NCBI GenBank assembly: GCA_032128875.1
Contig: JAVLKG010000003.1
Coordinates: 1 to 64,000, forward strand
Source: Candidatus Melainabacteria bacterium 17Bon1m
Lineage (GTDB): Bacteria; Cyanobacteriota; Vampirovibrionia; Obscuribacterales; Obscuribacteraceae
Direction of reading: 5' to 3'
DNA length: 64,000 nt
Each line of letters opens with the position of its first letter. Position 1 is the stretch's first letter. Below are positions 9,557 to 20,034 of the stretch, in pieces. The position numbers were made by a program, and so were the translations under genes. The notes below the pieces were generated by a model. The model was given only the letters and a program-made list of their open reading frames with translations. It searched no databases and was not told where the DNA came from.

Positions 9557-9949
9557 ATGGCGCCACTTCTTCAGCTGGTTTGGGCCGGCTACCACTACGG
9601 ACTCCCCAGCCGCGGCTACGATAGTACCGTGAGCTCTCTTGAAGAGGCACTTACCAGCCTCGACGAGAATGACGGTAATGCCTTTGCTGCTGCCGCTTAT
9701 AGCGAAAACGCCATCAAGTATTTGGAGGCGCGTTTGCTGGCTGGTTATGTCATCGCCAGTCTGGCTGCCATCAATGCGGGCAATCTGGACCTGGCGCAAG
9801 AGGAGTACGGACGCGCTGTGCTGCTTGCCACTCTGACGGTTAAAGGTCAGTGCAAGCCGCGTAGCCTGGATTGGCCAACGATTCAGATGGCGCTCGCAGT
9901 CGTCGAGCGCAAGCTCAAGGACGCGGGCAGGAAGGTGCAGCCGGTTTAG
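9557..9949 (+). CDS. Hypothetical helical protein
   Basis: AAGGA RBS; 130 aa Ala/Leu-rich ORF co-oriented with upstream genes. Confidence 0.6.
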   Translation: MAPLLQLVWAGYHYGLPSRGYDSTVSSLEEALTSLDENDGNAFAAAAYSENAIKYLEARLLAGYVIASLAAINAGNLDLAQEEYGRAVLLATLTVKGQCKPRSLDWPTIQMALAVVERKLKDAGRKVQPV

Positions 9950-10671
9950 TAAAACCGAAACAAGATGCGTGCAAGGCGTTGCCGATTTTCGTGCGGATTC
10001 GCTAGAAGCGGTCGGCATCAATATCTGCAACCAGCTCCACGTATTCTTGTTTTAGCGCTGTTGTTATTAAAGCGAGTAGTAGAAGGCGGGTTTGCAGGAG
10101 GTTTTTTCGGCAGAGTTGGGTGAGATTTCGTAGAGCCTTTTGATTTACGTGTCTCATTTCTGAAGTGAATTTGTTTGCTCTATCTGGGGGTTGTTTTTGC
10201 TGGCCAAATGGTCGGCTTACTTTACAAAACCGCTTTGGGATGCAGGATGAGCGCTGTCACATCCAGATTTGCGCATGTTAGCGCGAGTGGCGTTAGCGAT
10301 CCGAAAGTGTCGCTACGCTAGAAAATTCGGATCATATGAGAGGGCGTAAACGTTACACAAGGGGCACTCTGCGCGACGTGCGTGACGCGCTCTTGTAAAC
10401 AACCGGTCCAGCAACACTTGGATACGTATCTTCGCACCGCTTAGCATTCGGGAGTTCCAATTCTCTCCACCCTTGTTCGCAGGCGCTTCCAAAACCCTTA
10501 ACCGTTCCCGATTGCACCTCTCAAACTGCAACCCCCAAATTCAGCGCTTGCTGGGGTGGTTGGACATTGGGTTTCTGCGCACCACGATTTCCGTGACCAG
10601 CGCCAATAACAACACGCCCGCCGCATCCAAGAGATGAAGGCGCGCAAGACCACACTTAAGGACACAAAACC

Positions 10672-11127
10672 ATGGGATTCTTCGACAAGCTCCGTCAGTC
10701 CGCTTCCGACGCCAAGGCCGCCCTCACCACCAAGGTCTCGCAGTTCAAGAACAGCACCTTCCGTGACGCGGTCATGGGTATCTGCGCCCTGGTCGCCAGC
10801 GCTGACGGCAACGTCTCCGACGAAGAGAAGCAGGCCATCGGCTCGCTCATCACGTCGCTCGACGCTCTCAAGTGTTTCGCGCCGGCCGATCTGATCGCCA
10901 AGTTCAACGAGTACTGCGACGCGATCAACAAGGACAAGACCTTCGGCCCCATCACGGTCTACTCCATCGTCGGCAAGATCAAGGGTAAGGGCGAACAGCC
11001 GGACGTCGCTCTGCAGGTCGCCCTCGCCATCGCGAATGCCGATGGCAACTTCGACGACAAGGAGAAGGCGCGCGTCAAGGAAATCTGCCGTACGCTCGGC
11101 GTCGACGCTACCACGTACGTCAGCTAA
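10672..11127 (+). CDS. terB: Tellurite resistance TerB family protein
   Basis: MGFFDKL...FKNSTF..A, ADG.V...EK, ADGNFD..EK...IC..LG pattern. Confidence 0.9.
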   Translation: MGFFDKLRQSASDAKAALTTKVSQFKNSTFRDAVMGICALVASADGNVSDEEKQAIGSLITSLDALKCFAPADLIAKFNEYCDAINKDKTFGPITVYSIVGKIKGKGEQPDVALQVALAIANADGNFDDKEKARVKEICRTLGVDATTYVS

Positions 11128-11176
11128 GTGTGTGTGCTGCTAGAAGCAGCTAAGGCTGTTTCAGCGCGCTCTAACT

Positions 11177-11256
11177 AAGGCGGATCGCCGATGGCTCATC
11201 AGTCGACATGGTCTTCTTGACCGCGTCTTCTGGTGCAGTCATCGGCGACCGCTTTT
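11177..11256 (+). terminator. Long bulged hairpin between convergent genes
   Basis: aaggcggatcgccgatggct...agtcatcggcgaccgctttt followed by T-rich sequence. Confidence 0.65.
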
Positions 11257-11396
11257 CACTTTTTGCCTGAAGGTATGATAAGGAGTAGTAGCGTGCTTTC
11301 AAAAAGCAAAGAAGCAGAGGCTCGGGCAGTGAGAAATTGCTTTCTCTCTGCCTCCGCTCTGCACCTTTGCCCCCGCGTTTTACCGCGACTCAAACA

Positions 11397-11765
11397 CTAC
11401 CGTCGGGCGCGGCTCGTCTTCGAATGCCGGTAGGCGACGAACGAGACCACGCCGGTTGCGACCGTGAAGGCCAGGCAGCCGACGCCGATGCCGGTGGCAC
11501 CGGCGCTGAAAGCGGCGATCGCGGTGATGACCAGGATGATGCGCATGACACCGGCGACGATGGCAGCGATGGCGACCATGCCGACCGAAAAGCCAATGTA
11601 GCCGATCAGCATGAGGATTTCGCCGATCACGTTGGCGCTGCCGTGTCCGGGCTTCGGGTCGAAGCTGAAGATGCCGCCGCCGTTGACCTTCCAGGAGAAG
11701 TACAGCGAGCAGACGGTGAGAATCGCGGCGCAGACGCCCCAGTGAGTCATCAGGAAGTCGATCAT
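11397..11765 (-). CDS. Small multi-pass membrane protein
   Basis: AAAGGA RBS before ATG 11765; about 4 hydrophobic segments. Confidence 0.75.
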   Translation of the reverse strand: MIDFLMTHWGVCAAILTVCSLYFSWKVNGGGIFSFDPKPGHGSANVIGEILMLIGYIGFSVGMVAIAAIVAGVMRIILVITAIAAFSAGATGIGVGCLAFTVATGVVSFVAYRHSKTSRARR

Positions 11766-11912
11766 GGTAGTCCTTTCGGGTGCTTTCCAGTGAGGAAAGC
11801 GGTTTGTGGAATTCGATTTGGTGAAGAACAAGCGGCATGGATATGACGCTGTGAAGCGCTTTCTCCATGCCGCCTGCGGGATGACCGAGCTAGCTTGTCT
11901 TCCTGCTGAGCA

Positions 11913-13874
11913 TTACTGCTTGTCGGAAGAGTCGGCCGGACCCGGTTGCGGAACGTCCGCGGGAGCCACTTCGCCGTCGACCGAGTTGGTCGTCGCAGTG
12001 GCAGCAGGCACAGCAGCATCGCCCGTTCCTTCGGCAACCGCAGTCGCCGGCTTCGGCGGCCACGGCTTCTTCTTGAACGGGATGACCTCGACGCTCCGGT
12101 TGTTCGGCGAGTCGACCAAGCCCGACCCATCCCACACGCCAGTGGCGAGGAGCTGAGCTTCCTTGGCCTTGTAGCCGTCGACCAGATACGTCTGCCACGC
12201 ATCCGTCGCTGCCAGCTTGCCCGTCCAGCCGACAGTCTGCTTCCGGTACTTGCTGGCCCGAGCGGCCGCGCGCGACTGGAAGTGCTTGTTGATGTCGAAC
12301 ATGTTGACGAAGACGAACTGGGCGAGCGCAGCGTCACCGATGACGATGATGCCGTTCTCGTCGTTGCCGTGCGATGCCTTCATTCCGAGGTTGTCCGAAC
12401 CGAAGATGACGACCGGCTTCTTGCCCCACGGGTCGATCACGATGATCTTGCCGTGCGTGACAGCATGCGCTTCGGGGAGCTTCAGCAGCTCCTTGACGAA
12501 GTTGGCGAACTCCACTTCGCGACCGGTCGCGAGCGTGAACAGCGGCGGGCGACCCTTGCGGCGCTTGGCTTTGACACCGCGCAGCGCATCGGGCGTGCTC
12601 ACCGTCATGAAGGTGTACATCTCCGGGCGGTTGTCCCAGATTTCGGCGATCTTGTGGACCACCGACGGGTTGCCCGGATAGAACACTTCACCACAGAGAA
12701 CGCTTTCGGCGCCCTCCATCAGTTCGAACACGCGAGCCAGCCACGGCGAGAGTGCCGTCGCACCGCGCTGCTTGACGCGATCGTCCATGGACGGCTGGAA
12801 GTAGGTCTCGATGATGACGCCGTTGTCCAGCACCACCGGTTCGTAACCCTTCGCATTGCGACGGCGGAACTCGAGCGACTGCTCGTTTCCATCCGCCTTC
12901 ATGCGCTTCCAGTAGTCGAGGAAGTTGGCCGCCACCTGAGCGTTGCGGATGCGAGCCACCATGTTGGACTGGCAGCCCATGCCCGTGTTCGTCCAGTTGG
13001 TCGAGCCGGTGGTGACGTCGGTCGGGTTGCCGTCCTTGTCGACCTTGGTCTGCGACTTGTTGTGCGCGATGCCCCAGGACCCGATCATGCGGTCCTGGAT
13101 GTCCGCGCCCGCCTCGTGCAGAGCCTTGCGCGCCGGCGCGTTGGTGAGGTCTTCGGCGCCGGTGTTGCCGAGGATGAGCGAGAAGTACTTGAGGTTTTCC
13201 AGCAGGAAGTCCACAAGCTGGTTCGCGCTCAGCTCGTACAGAGCCTGGTAGACGTGACCGCCGTCCTCAGCGCACTCCTTGACGGGTGCCATGAGCATCT
13301 CCGGCACGTTGCCCATGAGATGGCGGCGAATCACGTTGTCCGGGTTCTTGTAGTCTTCCAGAGCATCGATGATCTTCTGGAAGTTGGGCGTCCCGTCCGG
13401 GAAGCCTTCGGTGCCGTCGGGCAGCGTGCCGATCATGCGCGAGAGCCACTGCGAGGAGAGGATGCCGCGCGTGAAGCCGACCTCGAAGGTGTCATTGACC
13501 TTGGTGGTCACCTTCACCCAGTTGGTCGTGGCGACCAGACCCTTGATGGGGGTCAGGTTGCCGGGCTTGCCGCCCATCGCCTGGAACTCGTAGCAGACCT
13601 CGGTGCCGGTCTTGCCGGTGTAGTCGAGGTGCCACTTGCGCTGGATCGGCCAAACCGTCGAGGGCTGGCTCTTCCAGTCGGGGTTGGCGTCTTGCCCTTC
13701 GAAGGGAAGGCGCGTCTCGAGAACCACGGAACGCCCATCGCGATACTTGCGCGTGACGGCGAAGCCGAGGCAGCCTTCGAGCTTCTTGCCTTGCGGCCAG
13801 TCGACGGCGATGAGAACGACCGAGTCGTTCGCATGGGCCGCGGCTTCGAGCTTGAGTGCAGTTTTCTTTGCCAT
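11913..13874 (-). CDS. Phospholipase D superfamily protein (two HKD-like motifs)
   Basis: HNKSQTKVD...GSTNW and HGKIIVID...GSDNL. Confidence 0.88.
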   Translation of the reverse strand: MAKKTALKLEAAAHANDSVVLIAVDWPQGKKLEGCLGFAVTRKYRDGRSVVLETRLPFEGQDANPDWKSQPSTVWPIQRKWHLDYTGKTGTEVCYEFQAMGGKPGNLTPIKGLVATTNWVKVTTKVNDTFEVGFTRGILSSQWLSRMIGTLPDGTEGFPDGTPNFQKIIDALEDYKNPDNVIRRHLMGNVPEMLMAPVKECAEDGGHVYQALYELSANQLVDFLLENLKYFSLILGNTGAEDLTNAPARKALHEAGADIQDRMIGSWGIAHNKSQTKVDKDGNPTDVTTGSTNWTNTGMGCQSNMVARIRNAQVAANFLDYWKRMKADGNEQSLEFRRRNAKGYEPVVLDNGVIIETYFQPSMDDRVKQRGATALSPWLARVFELMEGAESVLCGEVFYPGNPSVVHKIAEIWDNRPEMYTFMTVSTPDALRGVKAKRRKGRPPLFTLATGREVEFANFVKELLKLPEAHAVTHGKIIVIDPWGKKPVVIFGSDNLGMKASHGNDENGIIVIGDAALAQFVFVNMFDINKHFQSRAAARASKYRKQTVGWTGKLAATDAWQTYLVDGYKAKEAQLLATGVWDGSGLVDSPNNRSVEVIPFKKKPWPPKPATAVAEGTGDAAVPAATATTNSVDGEVAPADVPQPGPADSSDKQ

Positions 13875-14051
13875 AGTTTTCGTCCTTCGTGCCGCGATTT
13901 GCGGCGGTTTGAGGATGATTCAGAACAGCGCAAGCGGGGCCGGCAGCGCGTTTGCTGCAGGTCCCGCTCGCATTTCATTGGGTCGGTTGATGAGTTGCCG
14001 CCCAGGCACACCCACGTCTACTCGGACTTCTCTAGCTGTTCTCAGCCCACC

Positions 14052-14795
14052 TCACTCGAGCAAAGTCAGCGCCAGCATTGCTGCGACGCCAACCGCCATG
14101 AGCACGATGTGCAGGAAAGAACCGCTCAGAGACGTGCTCTTGAGGTAACGTGGGATGAGCCCGCCCGCAGCCAGGTAGATGAAACAACCGGCAGCCACAG
14201 GCAGAACATAGGCGGCGAAATTCTCGACCGACGCCCCGATACTTAGCGCCAAGATGACGCCGATGAAGGCGGTCACCGAACTGGCGAGGTTGAGCAACAG
14301 TGCGCGCTTGCGTTCGAAGCCCGAATGTACAAGCACGCTGTAGTCGCTGAGTTCGGTGGGAATTTCGTGGACGAGCACCGCGATTGTCGCCGCAATGCCT
14401 GCCTCGATGTTGACCAAATACGCCGCACCGATGATGACGCCGTCGATGAAGTTTTCCAGCATGTCTGCCGTCAAACTCATCAAGCCGATGTCGTGAGCCT
14501 CGTGCGGTTTTGAGCATTCATGCCTGCAATGAAGCATGCGCTCGACGATGAAGAACATGAAAACACCGGCGATGACGAGGAGTGGAACGGTGGTGCCGTT
14601 GCCGAGCTTCTCGAAAGCTTCCGGAATCATGTGGATGAGCGCATTGCCGAGCATGACGCCGACTGCGACGCTCACCATCGGTTTGGTGATACGCTGCAAG
14701 TTGGTGCCGGTCATCGACAGTGTGATCAGGCCTACCAGAGACATGCCGCTTATTGCAGCGATGCTCAGCAGTGAGTAAATCCAGATTGTATCCAT
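14052..14795 (-). CDS. ZIP family metal transporter
   Basis: HMIPEA, His-containing loop, ENFIDG, HEIPTE; GGAG RBS before ATG 14795. Confidence 0.92.
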   Translation of the reverse strand: MDTIWIYSLLSIAAISGMSLVGLITLSMTGTNLQRITKPMVSVAVGVMLGNALIHMIPEAFEKLGNGTTVPLLVIAGVFMFFIVERMLHCRHECSKPHEAHDIGLMSLTADMLENFIDGVIIGAAYLVNIEAGIAATIAVLVHEIPTELSDYSVLVHSGFERKRALLLNLASSVTAFIGVILALSIGASVENFAAYVLPVAAGCFIYLAAGGLIPRYLKSTSLSGSFLHIVLMAVGVAAMLALTLLE

Positions 14796-15683
14796 GGGTG
14801 TGTCTCCGAGTTGGCAGACATCCGAAGTCCATGGCGCTACACGCGTCATGCTGGGCGGCAAAAACTTCTCGAGATAGGACCACCTCTGATCACGTAAGTG
14901 ATCAAGACAGATGCTCGAATGGCGAAAAGTTAGATGGCTATCGGATGGTTCTGCTGGATTAGAAGAAGGTTGTCATGATGCCCATACCTTAGGGCTCAGA
15001 ATGTGTGGGATCAAAGAGCTCTAACATAAAAAGAGAAGATTCTCGCTAACGCCAGCTCTCGCAAAGGTCACGGGTGCTGATCTGCAATTCTGCGTTTAAT
15101 GTGTTAAATGCTCGCGAGGGTAACGCGAAGTTGTGTTGAGGCTCAGTCCTGCGTGACCTCTGCCAAGTGGACATGTCTCTTCACAGTCAACTTCATGATG
15201 TTTATAAGCCACTTTCTCTGCCACTTTCGCATAGCTGTTGGAGGTGTTTTTTTCGGCAGCGTCTTCAAGACAAGACCACCTCGGCCCTCGTCGGGGCAAG
15301 AAAGTGGACCAGCAATCGCAAGAAATTCGCCGGTCCGTCTGAGTGCCGTCTAAGCCGTGAGCGTCGAGGCTTAGTGGCGTTTTAAACAACTCGCGCGCCG
15401 AAGTGATAGAGTGCCTGCGACTCTCTTGCAGAGTCTGGAATTTCTGAGGCAGCAAAGCTCCCCGGACTTCCATCGGAATCACTTCAGGTATCTCAGGCAC
15501 CCCGGCGCCCCCGGAAACCGTCAGGAATCAAATTTGGAATCCCAAGGAAATCCCAACCGGCAACCTCAGGAAAACCCGAAGGAAACCATTAGAGCTCGCT
15601 CTGGAAACCCATTAGCTTCACTTTCAAACTTTGACGAGTTACCCTGCCGGCCATTTCCGGCAGGGTCTGCGTCGGTAAAGACA

Positions 15684-16373
15684 ATGAGCGATTCAACTCC
15701 GACAACTTTTCTTCCTGGTAAAACCGGCAAAAACGATCGCCGCAATTACAGCAACTTCCGCAAATCGTTTGCTGATGTTCATGCACTCGTTCAAATCCTC
15801 GATGACCCGCGCACTCGCGCTCCTATTGTTCAGGCGCAGAGCCGCCAACATCTGATTGGTGTTCTCGATCGCCAGTACGAACTTTCTCTGCAGAAGAGTT
15901 ATCCCCTCTGTTTGGCTCTGGCCGCGCTCGATCCGTCGGCAGAAGTCGCAACCCTCTCACCCAGTGCAGTACTAAATACGGTGGCAAAAATTTGCCGCTC
16001 CAATTTGCGCCCCACTGATTTAGTCTTTCGTTATTCGGAAGCACTGCTGGTAATGGTGCTTCTGGAAAGTGATGAAGAAGGCGGCGCCAGTGTTGCGGAA
16101 CGTCTAAAACGCTCTCTGGACCGCCGTCTTTATTTTGGTAAAACTGCCCTTAGTGTTCGTCCGGTTTTTGCCATTTCCGATGTCTCTATGGGCTTTGGTT
16201 CTGCTGGTAAGAGTCTTTTGACTACTGCTGAAATGGTTTTGGAGAAGGCCGGCTACAAAGATTTTGATGTTGCCGTAGCAAGCAAAACCCTCTCTCTTGC
16301 GCCTGTTGATCTGACTCTAAGGACGCGAGACATCGCCAATGCCATCACAGGAATGTACGACACGACTGCTTAG
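15684..16373 (+). CDS. Degenerate GGDEF-domain protein
   Basis: LRPTDLVFRYSEALLVMVL in place of LRxxDxxxRxGGDEF; likely start ATG 15684. Confidence 0.7.
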   Translation: MSDSTPTTFLPGKTGKNDRRNYSNFRKSFADVHALVQILDDPRTRAPIVQAQSRQHLIGVLDRQYELSLQKSYPLCLALAALDPSAEVATLSPSAVLNTVAKICRSNLRPTDLVFRYSEALLVMVLLESDEEGGASVAERLKRSLDRRLYFGKTALSVRPVFAISDVSMGFGSAGKSLLTTAEMVLEKAGYKDFDVAVASKTLSLAPVDLTLRTRDIANAITGMYDTTA

Positions 16374-17620
16374 ATCGGTTGAGCTTTTCCTGCCAGAGCG
16401 TTTGTTTTGCAAAGTTTGTCCACGTGCTCTGCCACTTTGCGCAGAAATTTTTGAGCCCCTAGTCCGTGAAGATGTACTGGATCGCAAAAGTCTTCTCGGC
16501 AGAAGATTCCCGGCTTGTTGAAGTCAACGAAATAGGCGTTGTTTTTGTGCGCTAGTTCTTCTACCCGGCTCAAATATTTGTCGTAAATTCCTGCCGGCAG
16601 CAAATCGGTATTTTGCTTCAAAAGTGGCATGTTTACGAGTACCACGCTGAAGCCCATTTTGTCGGCTTGCTGCAAGAGTTTGTCCATGTACTGCGACTGA
16701 TTGTTGAAAACCTTGGCTTTGAAGGGCCGATAGCGCATCGCATATTCTTCGCTATTATCGGTCCAGAGGGCATGTTTTGCGACCTTGAGGCTATATGGAC
16801 TGACGATCCATTGACCCGGTGAATTTTCTTCAGGCTGTTCGGCCATGGCAATTTTGAGCAGCGGTTGCGGTGCTTTGATGGTATTAAATGTGGTGCCAAG
16901 CAGGCACTCGATAATGGTTTCTGCCAGATGGCGCTCGACGATCTGGAAATCCGCTCTTTTGCCATAAAGGTAAATGCTGCGCTCGATCTGCCGCTCTACT
17001 TGTTTCCAAACGCGCTTGCTTTCGGGAAGCACATCTTGCGGGTACGTAACTTTGTCTAGGTAGCGGACTGTTTCTGTGGACGCCGGATCGCTAAAGCTGC
17101 TGTCTACGAGATCGCGCGGAGCTACGCCCCAGACAAGTACAGGTCTTCCATCCGCCTTGGCGGGCAGAGCGCGGAAAAGAGCGCATGCGTCGGAAGCCAT
17201 TTGTCCGCCGATTGCAAAAGAGTGCGTTGAAATCGGCTTGCCCAGGAGTTTGCCGGCGTATGCTTCGAAGTATTTTGAGCGATGATTTTTGACGGCATCC
17301 AGTGGTTTTTGCAGGAAAGATGAGTCGCCGTCGTTGACGACTGCAACCATAAGAGACGAACCAAAGAAAACCGTATTTGGTTTTTGCTGGGACTTTTGTG
17401 CGGCTTGCCAGTCTTTTGCCGTCCAATATGCCCAGCAATGATTTGGCGAGTCGATTGGGTCAGTTTTGAGCGCTGCAAAGGCTGCGACATTGGCAACCGC
17501 AACAGCCAACCCGGCCAGCAAAACATAGCTGGAGAGCCAGTTGTGCCTCCCCTGCTTCTTTGTGGAATCTTGCTGTGTGCTGTTTTCGGACGGCAATTTC
17601 AAGGTTTCCAATAGCCGCAA
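16370..17620 (-). CDS. Membrane-anchored SGNH-hydrolase-like protein (DUF1574/DltD-like)
   Basis: N-terminal TM, FFGSS, FAIGG and DPVH (DxxH) motifs; start uncertain. Confidence 0.7.
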   Translation of the reverse strand: MRLLETLKLPSENSTQQDSTKKQGRHNWLSSYVLLAGLAVAVANVAAFAALKTDPIDSPNHCWAYWTAKDWQAAQKSQQKPNTVFFGSSLMVAVVNDGDSSFLQKPLDAVKNHRSKYFEAYAGKLLGKPISTHSFAIGGQMASDACALFRALPAKADGRPVLVWGVAPRDLVDSSFSDPASTETVRYLDKVTYPQDVLPESKRVWKQVERQIERSIYLYGKRADFQIVERHLAETIIECLLGTTFNTIKAPQPLLKIAMAEQPEENSPGQWIVSPYSLKVAKHALWTDNSEEYAMRYRPFKAKVFNNQSQYMDKLLQQADKMGFSVVLVNMPLLKQNTDLLPAGIYDKYLSRVEELAHKNNAYFVDFNKPGIFCREDFCDPVHLHGLGAQKFLRKVAEHVDKLCKTNALAGKAQPI

Positions 17621-17847
17621 TATGATAGCGCGCAGGGCAGATCATTTCCTTGCCTTTTACTCATGGAAACTCGTGGATCTTGTCAGGGTTAGAGACTGTT
17701 AAGGTCTGTGATGCTTGTCCAGTTTGAACTCCTGGGAAAACCTTATGTCAAGGGTCTAAATGTGGCTTTCAGGGCTTTTGATTCATACTTAAAAAGGGAA
17801 CAATAACGGGGGAGGTCTGGGTTTTTACGTTTACTACCGGGTGAAAA

Positions 17848-19971
17848 ATGAGCCAGCAGCAGCAACAACAGGAACACCGCCTTGGGGAGTTGCTAATTGA
17901 GATGGGATTTCTCCAGCAAAAGGAGCTGGAGGATGCAGTGGCTATGGCCAACCAGACGCGCTTGCCTCTCGGCAGTGTTCTTGTCATGTCCGGTCACCTC
18001 TCAGACAAAGAATTAAGAGCCTGTGTGCTTGGACAGTCCTTATTGAAGGACAACGTCATAGTCAAGGAAGACATGTTCCAGGTCATGCGCATTGTCCGCG
18101 AGCGCGGCGTTTCCTTCGAGGAAGGCATGCAAATGCTCGAAGGCAAAGTCGAGAAGGTCGATAAAGAGACCAATAAACTTGGCGAATTGCTTTTTGCTGC
18201 TGAGCGCATAACGGCCGAGCAGTTGCAAACTGCTTTGGATACAGTCGAGTCGAGCGGCTTGCCTCTGGGGCGTGTTCTTGTGCTCACAGGCGCCGTTAAT
18301 GAGCCGGTTTTGAAAGTCGGTTTGGAAGTTCAGGTTGGTGTTCGCGACGGCAGCATTAGCCGTGAAGAAGCCATTCAAAGGCTACGTACAGTTTCCTCCG
18401 GTTCGTCGGTGACGCGCCAAAGTATCGAGATGACTGCGCCTACGCTTGATAAAATCTTGCGCCTGGGTGAGTTCTTTGAGAAGGCTGGTATCATCAGCGA
18501 TACCGACATGCTCAACGCCTTGGAAGTTGCTTTGACGCAACAACGTCGTGTGGGCGAGGTTTTGGTGCAATTCAATCTTGTCACCGAAAAAATGGTCGAA
18601 GCAGCGCTCGAATTGCAACACTTGACTCGTGGGCGTCAGATTCGCCCAGACCAAGCGGTTTCCGCCCTGCAGAATATGCACTTTAATGGCATGACTTTAC
18701 ACCAGGCTTTGGGAGTTCCTGAGCCGGAAGCGATGTTTGTCAGACCAGAAGCTCTTTACCAGCCCGGTCCGGACGCTCAGGCACCAATGGCGGTGCCTCC
18801 GCAGCCAGTTCAAGCGGCTGCTCCACTTCCTCCGCCACCCCCGCCCCCGCCGCCGGCTCCTGTGGCTGAAGATCCAAATGCTGTATTACTTTCGGGCTGG
18901 GGTGATGAGAGCCCTGCAGAAGAAGTTCGTGATGGTTGGGGAGATCAAGCAAAGCCTGCTCCACAGACTGGATGGGGTAATGATGCACAAGCTGCTCCGA
19001 CCGCAGTTCCACAGCCACAAGTTGAGCCCGCCCAAGCTGCCGCACCGCCGACGTTTGCACAGCCTCAGCAAGCTCCGGCAGCTGCGCCAATGCAGCAATT
19101 CGTGACTGCTAGCGGGGAGTATGGTGCTGTTGCTATGGGTGCCGCAGCTCAGCCGCAAGGGCTAGTTCCGCCCCCGCCACCGGGCTATGCTCCGCTGCCC
19201 GCGCAGCCGATCACGCCTCAAGCATACGATCAAAGTCAGGGCAACGCTCCGGCAATGCCGCCGGCGCAACCTGCTCCGGCGCCTGCAGTTATGCAAGGTT
19301 ACGAAGCTCCGGCCGGTTACACTCCTTTGCCGGCACAGCCTGCCGCTCCGGTACCTGCGGCCGCGGTTCCACAGGCACAGCCAGCACCCGCATCTCCAGC
19401 TCCTGAAGCTGCGCCGCCTTCTCCGGCTCCTGAGGCAGCTCCGCCTTCTCCAGCTCCTGAAGCAGCTCCGCCATCTGCGACTCCGGATGCGGCGCCGGCA
19501 TCACCTCAGCCCGAGCCGGCACCAGCTTCTCCTCCGGCACCAATGGCCCCAGCTTCGCCAGCTCCCGCTCCACCGCAGAGCAGAAGCGCCGTCGATGGTG
19601 TTATTGCTGAAATCGCTTTTGAAGCGGCGCAATTCGCTCAAGCCCAAGAGAGTGCTGCAGCGTCTGCCGGTGGGCTCGGTTTTGAAGCTGTCGGATTGGC
19701 TCAGTTGCTCAAAGTGACCGGTATTGTCACGCAGGATGAGATGGATCGAGCTATCAAAGACGTCATTCGTGATTCGGTTTTACTGCACGATATCCTCAAG
19801 TCGTCGGGCGTTGGCGATCCAATGACTCTGCGTGCCGCATATGATGCGCACATTATGGTTATCGGCGGTCAGCTAACCTTTGAACACGCAATGATTGCAC
19901 TGGATTATTGCAAGCGCGGCAAACTCAGCCTGTATGAGTCTTTCAAGCAGCTCGGTTGGTTGCAAGAATAG
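17848..19971 (+). CDS. MshEN-like repeat protein with long Pro/Ala-rich linker
   Basis: Three RLGE/KLGE..G.I...L..A modules, about 300 aa of low-complexity linker and a related C-terminal module. Confidence 0.85.
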   Translation: MSQQQQQQEHRLGELLIEMGFLQQKELEDAVAMANQTRLPLGSVLVMSGHLSDKELRACVLGQSLLKDNVIVKEDMFQVMRIVRERGVSFEEGMQMLEGKVEKVDKETNKLGELLFAAERITAEQLQTALDTVESSGLPLGRVLVLTGAVNEPVLKVGLEVQVGVRDGSISREEAIQRLRTVSSGSSVTRQSIEMTAPTLDKILRLGEFFEKAGIISDTDMLNALEVALTQQRRVGEVLVQFNLVTEKMVEAALELQHLTRGRQIRPDQAVSALQNMHFNGMTLHQALGVPEPEAMFVRPEALYQPGPDAQAPMAVPPQPVQAAAPLPPPPPPPPPAPVAEDPNAVLLSGWGDESPAEEVRDGWGDQAKPAPQTGWGNDAQAAPTAVPQPQVEPAQAAAPPTFAQPQQAPAAAPMQQFVTASGEYGAVAMGAAAQPQGLVPPPPPGYAPLPAQPITPQAYDQSQGNAPAMPPAQPAPAPAVMQGYEAPAGYTPLPAQPAAPVPAAAVPQAQPAPASPAPEAAPPSPAPEAAPPSPAPEAAPPSATPDAAPASPQPEPAPASPPAPMAPASPAPAPPQSRSAVDGVIAEIAFEAAQFAQAQESAAASAGGLGFEAVGLAQLLKVTGIVTQDEMDRAIKDVIRDSVLLHDILKSSGVGDPMTLRAAYDAHIMVIGGQLTFEHAMIALDYCKRGKLSLYESFKQLGWLQE
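19396..19476 (+). repeat. 27-bp coding tandem repeat x3 (PAPEAAPPS)
   Basis: ccagctcctgaagctgcgccgccttct and two variants. Confidence 0.85.
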
Positions 19972-20034
19972 TTTTATTCGCGCGGTTCAATAACCAGCTT
20001 TGCTTGCGCTTATTTCAAATCAGCCTGTGCTGCG

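Noticed and set aside
11946-14246. 766-aa + strand ORF and other long antisense ORFs (2960-4276, 23438-25051, 57136-58485, 49717-50853)
   Set aside because: They mirror well-supported genes on the opposite strand; explained by C/G-ending codon bias; no motifs
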